DNA from: Macrostomum lignano
Lineage: Eukaryota
Direction of reading: 5' to 3'
Assembly: GCA_002269645.1 (NCBI GenBank)
Contig: NIVC01000038.1
Span: 186,001 to 250,000 of the forward strand
Length of the DNA: 64,000 bases
The position numbers and the translations under genes are program-made. Numbering within the stretch: the first letter of the stretch is position 1; each line of letters begins with the position of its first letter. The notes under the pieces were generated by a model. The model made no database searches and was not told where the DNA came from. It saw only the letters and a program-made list of their open reading frames with translations. Shown here piece after piece: positions 59,941-64,000 of this stretch.

Positions 59941-61690
59941 ATGCTGTCTTGGCGCTTTTTGCAGTACCTGCTATTGCTGACAGTTGCATATCAGTCTGGT
60001 GCTGCATCAGTCTCGAATGGATTGTCTGATGGTGAGCAATTTGCAAATTATGAGCTTGTGCGTTAGTAAAACGAAAAAAGGAAGTTTAGTGGAGGCTTGG
60101 ATAAAGTCAGGGGGAGGCAGGAGGGCCGTGGCTTTCAGGCTCCTCCAGTAATAATGGAGCTTATGCAAAACCTAAACATGAGCTCAACTTTTGCTACGAG
60201 TGTTTTTCAGACGTGGCATTCTAGGAGACAGGGACAGGGGTAGGGGCGCCAAAAAAGAGTCAGTGGCGCCCAACAAGAGACAGGGCGCCAACAAGAAATA
60301 GGGGCGTCAACGAGACAGGGGTGCCCAACAAGAGACAGTAGCGCCCAACAAGAGATAGTGGCGCCCGACAAGAGACAGGGGTGCCCAACAAGAGACAGTA
60401 GCGCCCGACAAGAGACAGTAGCGCCCGACAAGAGATAGTGGCGCCCGACAAGAGACAGGGGTGCCCAACAAGAGACAGTGGCGCCCAACAAGAGACAAGG
60501 GCGCCCAACAAGAGACAGTAGCGCCCGACAAGAGATAGTGGCGCCCGACAAGAGACAGGGGCGCCCAACAAGAGACAGTGGCGCACAACAAGAGACAGGG
60601 GGCGCCCACCAAGTCACCAAATGTTGGCGTCCCTTAAGGTTGCTTCCATGAAGATCTCAAACGAAATTAATGTGCGAGAGACTTTCAAAAACTCGAATTT
60701 CATTAGAGGTCAAATTTAACTAGTAAGTACAAAAACTAGTTTCTGTGAATTAGAGATAAAACTAGACGATTTAACTGCGTTACGCGAAGCGAAAAGACTA
60801 AAATCCTAGCAGTAGAATCCCAAAGTGACTGACTTGAGTGAGTGAGTGACTGACTGACTGACTGACTGACTGACTGACTAACTGACTGACTGACTGACTG
60901 ACTGACTGACTGAGTGACTGACTGACTGACTGAGATCTCTAAGGGCCTCCATTTTTCAGTACCTCTGCCACAGCAATCGGTTTTTGGCTCTCCAGTCGAA
61001 TTCCTGTCGAAGCGGAACTTTAATTACGTGCTATTTTTATTTACATCAATAAAAAAACCTTTTCACAGCTCGCAAGTGTGAAAACGGGGCCTGTGTCCCA
61101 CTCCTAACGCATTAAAATGCAACAGTCAGGCTGGTTACTATGGTAACATATTAAATAATCGCACCTTTTTCAAATAATACAATTTCAATCTATTTTAAAT
61201 ATTCAGGCCAACGTTGCGAATCGAATGTTGCCGATTGCTCGTCCAATCCTTGCACCAAAGGAGGCCAAGGAAAGATCTGCCTGGAGCGCAGCAACCGGGC
61301 TCTGTACGGCATGTCGGATCTGCCATGACCTTTCAATGAAGTTTCAGCTTTTCGGTGGCTCTCGGCTTTATATTCGGTGTCAATTAGATGTCAGAATGTC
61401 AAATCGGATGTCAAAGGTTATTTATTTAGTATTTTTCACCGTGAATGTCACTGACTGGACACGTTGTTCATATCCAGCAGCTACAAGGAGCTCTCGATTT
61501 TACAAATCCAACTTCACTTGTCAGACATGCGCCGGCACCACGAGATCAAGCTGCCAGTGTGACATGGGTATCTCTAGCTCTGTCACCATCGTGCTTGGAG
61601 TTGCCTTCGGAGCACTGGGCATCGTGGTGCTGTCGGTTATTGCACCTGCCGTCTTTACTGCAGCGTATCGAACTGTGAGACAGAAGCACG
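59941..61690 (+). pseudogene. Gene 5: compact LamG-less EGF-TM paralog, disrupted
   Basis: Signal exon 59941-60031 (MLSWRFLQYLLLLTVAYQSGAASVSNGLSD, paralog of gene 4 exon 1); EGF exon 61069-61142 (frameshifted); exon from 61207 GQRCESNVADCSSNPC...CLERSNRALYGMSDLP* (TGA 61326-61328); TM VTIVLGVAFGALGIVVLSVIAPAVFTAAY at ~61580-61670. No tail exons found. Confidence 0.55.
60270..60610. repeat. 20-bp minisatellite homolog (gene 5 intron 1)
   Basis: GCGCCC(A/G)ACAAGAGA(C/T)AG units. Confidence 0.9.
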
Positions 61691-61871
61691 GAGATGCCTG
61701 CTTTTCCCATCGCTTTTGCAAGAATCATATTTCACAACGTTGATTTTTTTCATTTTTAAGCCAACCTTTAACAGAAGTTTGGATTTAAAACACTGGTGAA
61801 GTTTGCGCCTTGTGAAATTTTGCTGTTATAAAATTTAGATGTTACGTAATGAAATGAAGTTTACATGAGCA

Positions 61872-62250
61872 GTTTAGGTGTTATGCAGTTTTGATGTTAT
61901 GCAGTTTAGGTGTTATGCAGTTTAGGTGTTATGCAGTTTAGATGTTATACAGTTTAGGCGTTATGCAGTTTAGGTGTTATGCAGTTTAGATGTTATACAG
62001 TTTAGGCGTTATGCAGTTTAGATGTTATGCAGTTTAGGCGTTATGCAGTTTAGGTGTTATACAGTTTAGGTGTTATGCAGTTTAGGTGTTATGCAGTTTA
62101 GGTGTTATGCAGTTTAGGTGTTATGCAGTTTAGGTGTTATACAGTTTAGGTGTTATGCAGTTTAGGTGTTATACAGTTTAGGTGTTATGCAGTTTAGGTG
62201 TTATGCAGTTTAGGTGTTATGCAGTTTAGGTGTTATTCAGTTTAGGTGTT
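61872..62250. repeat. 16-bp minisatellite TTTAGGTGTTATGCAG
   Basis: About 23 units; related TTTAGGC..TGAAA units at 6715-6810 and 8415-8620. Confidence 0.92.
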
Positions 62251-62719
62251 GTAAAGTTTAAGCACCAGCTTTTTTCTTCACCTAAAACAACTTTATTATT
62301 GCAAAATTTTTACCTGACTACTCAAAAGTTCTGTAAGTAGTAAGCTTAGATTAATTATAGTCTAAAGCAGACAACATCAGTGCTGTTTCACTGTGCATTT
62401 TTATCTGCAGTTGTCAAAAATTATTCGATGCTTTTAGCGTCAAAACATTTCTGTTTTGCTTGAGCCCTAGTCAGCTGCTTGAAAATTTCGAATTGTGTGT
62501 TATATATGTGTGTGACTGTTTTTAATTACTTGATTTTTTATTAACTGGCATGGCCAATCCGTTTCTCATTTCCATATTGATTCTTTCATATGCAGAAATA
62601 ATATCAGTCCGCATATTCTAATATTTCAATTGATTAAAATTCGCTTTAATTTGCTTTTCAGCTTCTCAAATTTGTGCAAATCTTAAACCAGATTAAGCCT
62701 CAGCCTGAGCTCGTCCCGA

Positions 62720-64000
62720 ATGTCGTCGAAAACTTGATCGCCGATTTTAATTCTACTTCTGGCGCTGACTTGTCATCGAGCCTCGTCTTTTTCGGTTTCG
62801 GAAGGTTTATCCGCAGGTGAAGTGGGGGTTTTGTCGTAGCTAAATTTGACAGTTAATAGTTGTAGCCTTATTGAGTATAAATTTCCGGCTGATTTCTAAT
62901 CTGAAGGTTCTGAGGAGGACGCCAACGAATTGGCGCGGTCGAGGCGAGCCTACTGCAGCGAGGGCGACTGCAAGAATGGCGGGACTTGCTGGCCGGGTCC
63001 TGTGACGTCAAGCACTCCTCCGTGTCTGTGTCCTGAGGCGTACACTGGTACTCATTGCAATATTAGAATAGACTACTGTTCGACCTCAATTTGGTACAGT
63101 GGCACATCAAGAAGTCCGTGCAAAAACGGAGGCACCTGCAGCAACACAGACGCGAGCCCCTGGTATAACTGCAGCTGCGTTCCCGGCTACAATGGTGGGT
63201 GACCCTTGCTGCAAATAGAGAAACTTCAAACTTTAAAAATGTTTCTTTAATTCCTATCACAGAATCCCATTATCAACTTTATTCAGCTTAACTAATTTGA
63301 TCAGAAAAGGCTGCCTTTAAGGCAGAAGTATGTAACAAAACACTATTTTTTTCTGAGAAGTTATAGACATTAAAATTAAATTAAAATTAGACTTGTACGA
63401 GAGTAGCAAAAGTAAAGTTTAATTTTGAAGAAAATTGGCAAAATCTTTACTCGATATCTGTCTGCCTCAAAAACAAAGATCAATTTCATCGTATCAGCCA
63501 CCTCGCATAACCCAACCCATCCATTATCTCATATAATCAATCCACCATCTTACAGAACCCATCCACCATCTCACAGAACCCATCCACTATCTTACAGAAC
63601 CCATCCAACGTCCCACAGAACCCATTAACCATTTCACAGATTCCATCCATCATCTCGCTCAAAGGCTCCAGAACTGATGAATGTTTTTCATTTTTCTAAG
63701 CCATCGGTTTAAAGGTAAAATCCTGAAAAGCTACAAGTAAAAAGTCAACCCTCATCACAAGGACCACCGTATATAGCTATATACAGTAGTCCTTGCCTCA
63801 TCATTGCAAAATACATTGATTGTTAACTGGCCGGTTGGAGGCAGCACAAAAGACAGCCCGGACGGCATTCGCACAGCAAAGGCTAAACTGAAGTTTCTGA
63901 TTTTTCCTTCCTTCGATTTTGCAATCTGCATGCAGGCACCGACTGCGAGATCGACATTGATGACTGCGCCAGCAATCCATGCGCCAACGGCCTGTGCTCA
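62720..64000 (+). pseudogene. Gene 6: 5' part of another Crumbs-like receptor paralog, nonsense at codon 6
   Basis: Exons 62720-62816 (97 nt, MSSKT*SPILILLLALTCHRASSFSVSEGLSA; TGA 62735-62737 where genes 2/3 have CGA), 62907-63194 (RSRR plus two EGF), and 63936 to the window end. Confidence 0.7.

Noticed and set aside
33959-62737. Selenocysteine recoding of in-frame TGA codons in genes 3, 5 and 6
   Set aside because: They replace Trp, Arg or Ala-like positions rather than Cys, and no SECIS was recognised.

Overview
Animal genomic DNA with short GT-AG introns, dense mini/microsatellites and many transposon relics; the style resembles a free-living flatworm such as Macrostomum, which is inference only. 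The window is a head-to-tail array of six related + strand genes: gene 1 (3' end only), genes 2 and 4 (apparently intact, about 1307 and 1185 aa), genes 3 and 5 (disrupted), and gene 6 (5' end only, nonsense at codon 6). They encode type-I membrane proteins: signal peptide, short furin-type propeptide, variable numbers of EGF repeats, 0-2 Laminin-G domains and a TM helix. The ectodomain is colinear with Crumbs, but the short Crumbs GTY/ERLI tail is replaced by a ~130-aa tail of phase-0 exons carrying five conserved tyrosines, including an ITIM-like SAYDVI. Paralogs differ in domain number, have a length-variable distal EGF loop and look mosaic. Each assessable full-type copy (2, 3, 4) has a 22-bp minisatellite of repeated GTAAGT splice donors just before the TM exon. 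Mobile elements include a Gypsy LTR element, an Ingi-like LINE with a 2A peptide, RTE, DIRS/Ngaro, Crypton and I/R1-type relics, and an LTR carrying a MEF2/CRE/AP-1 array. All exon coordinates were read by eye.
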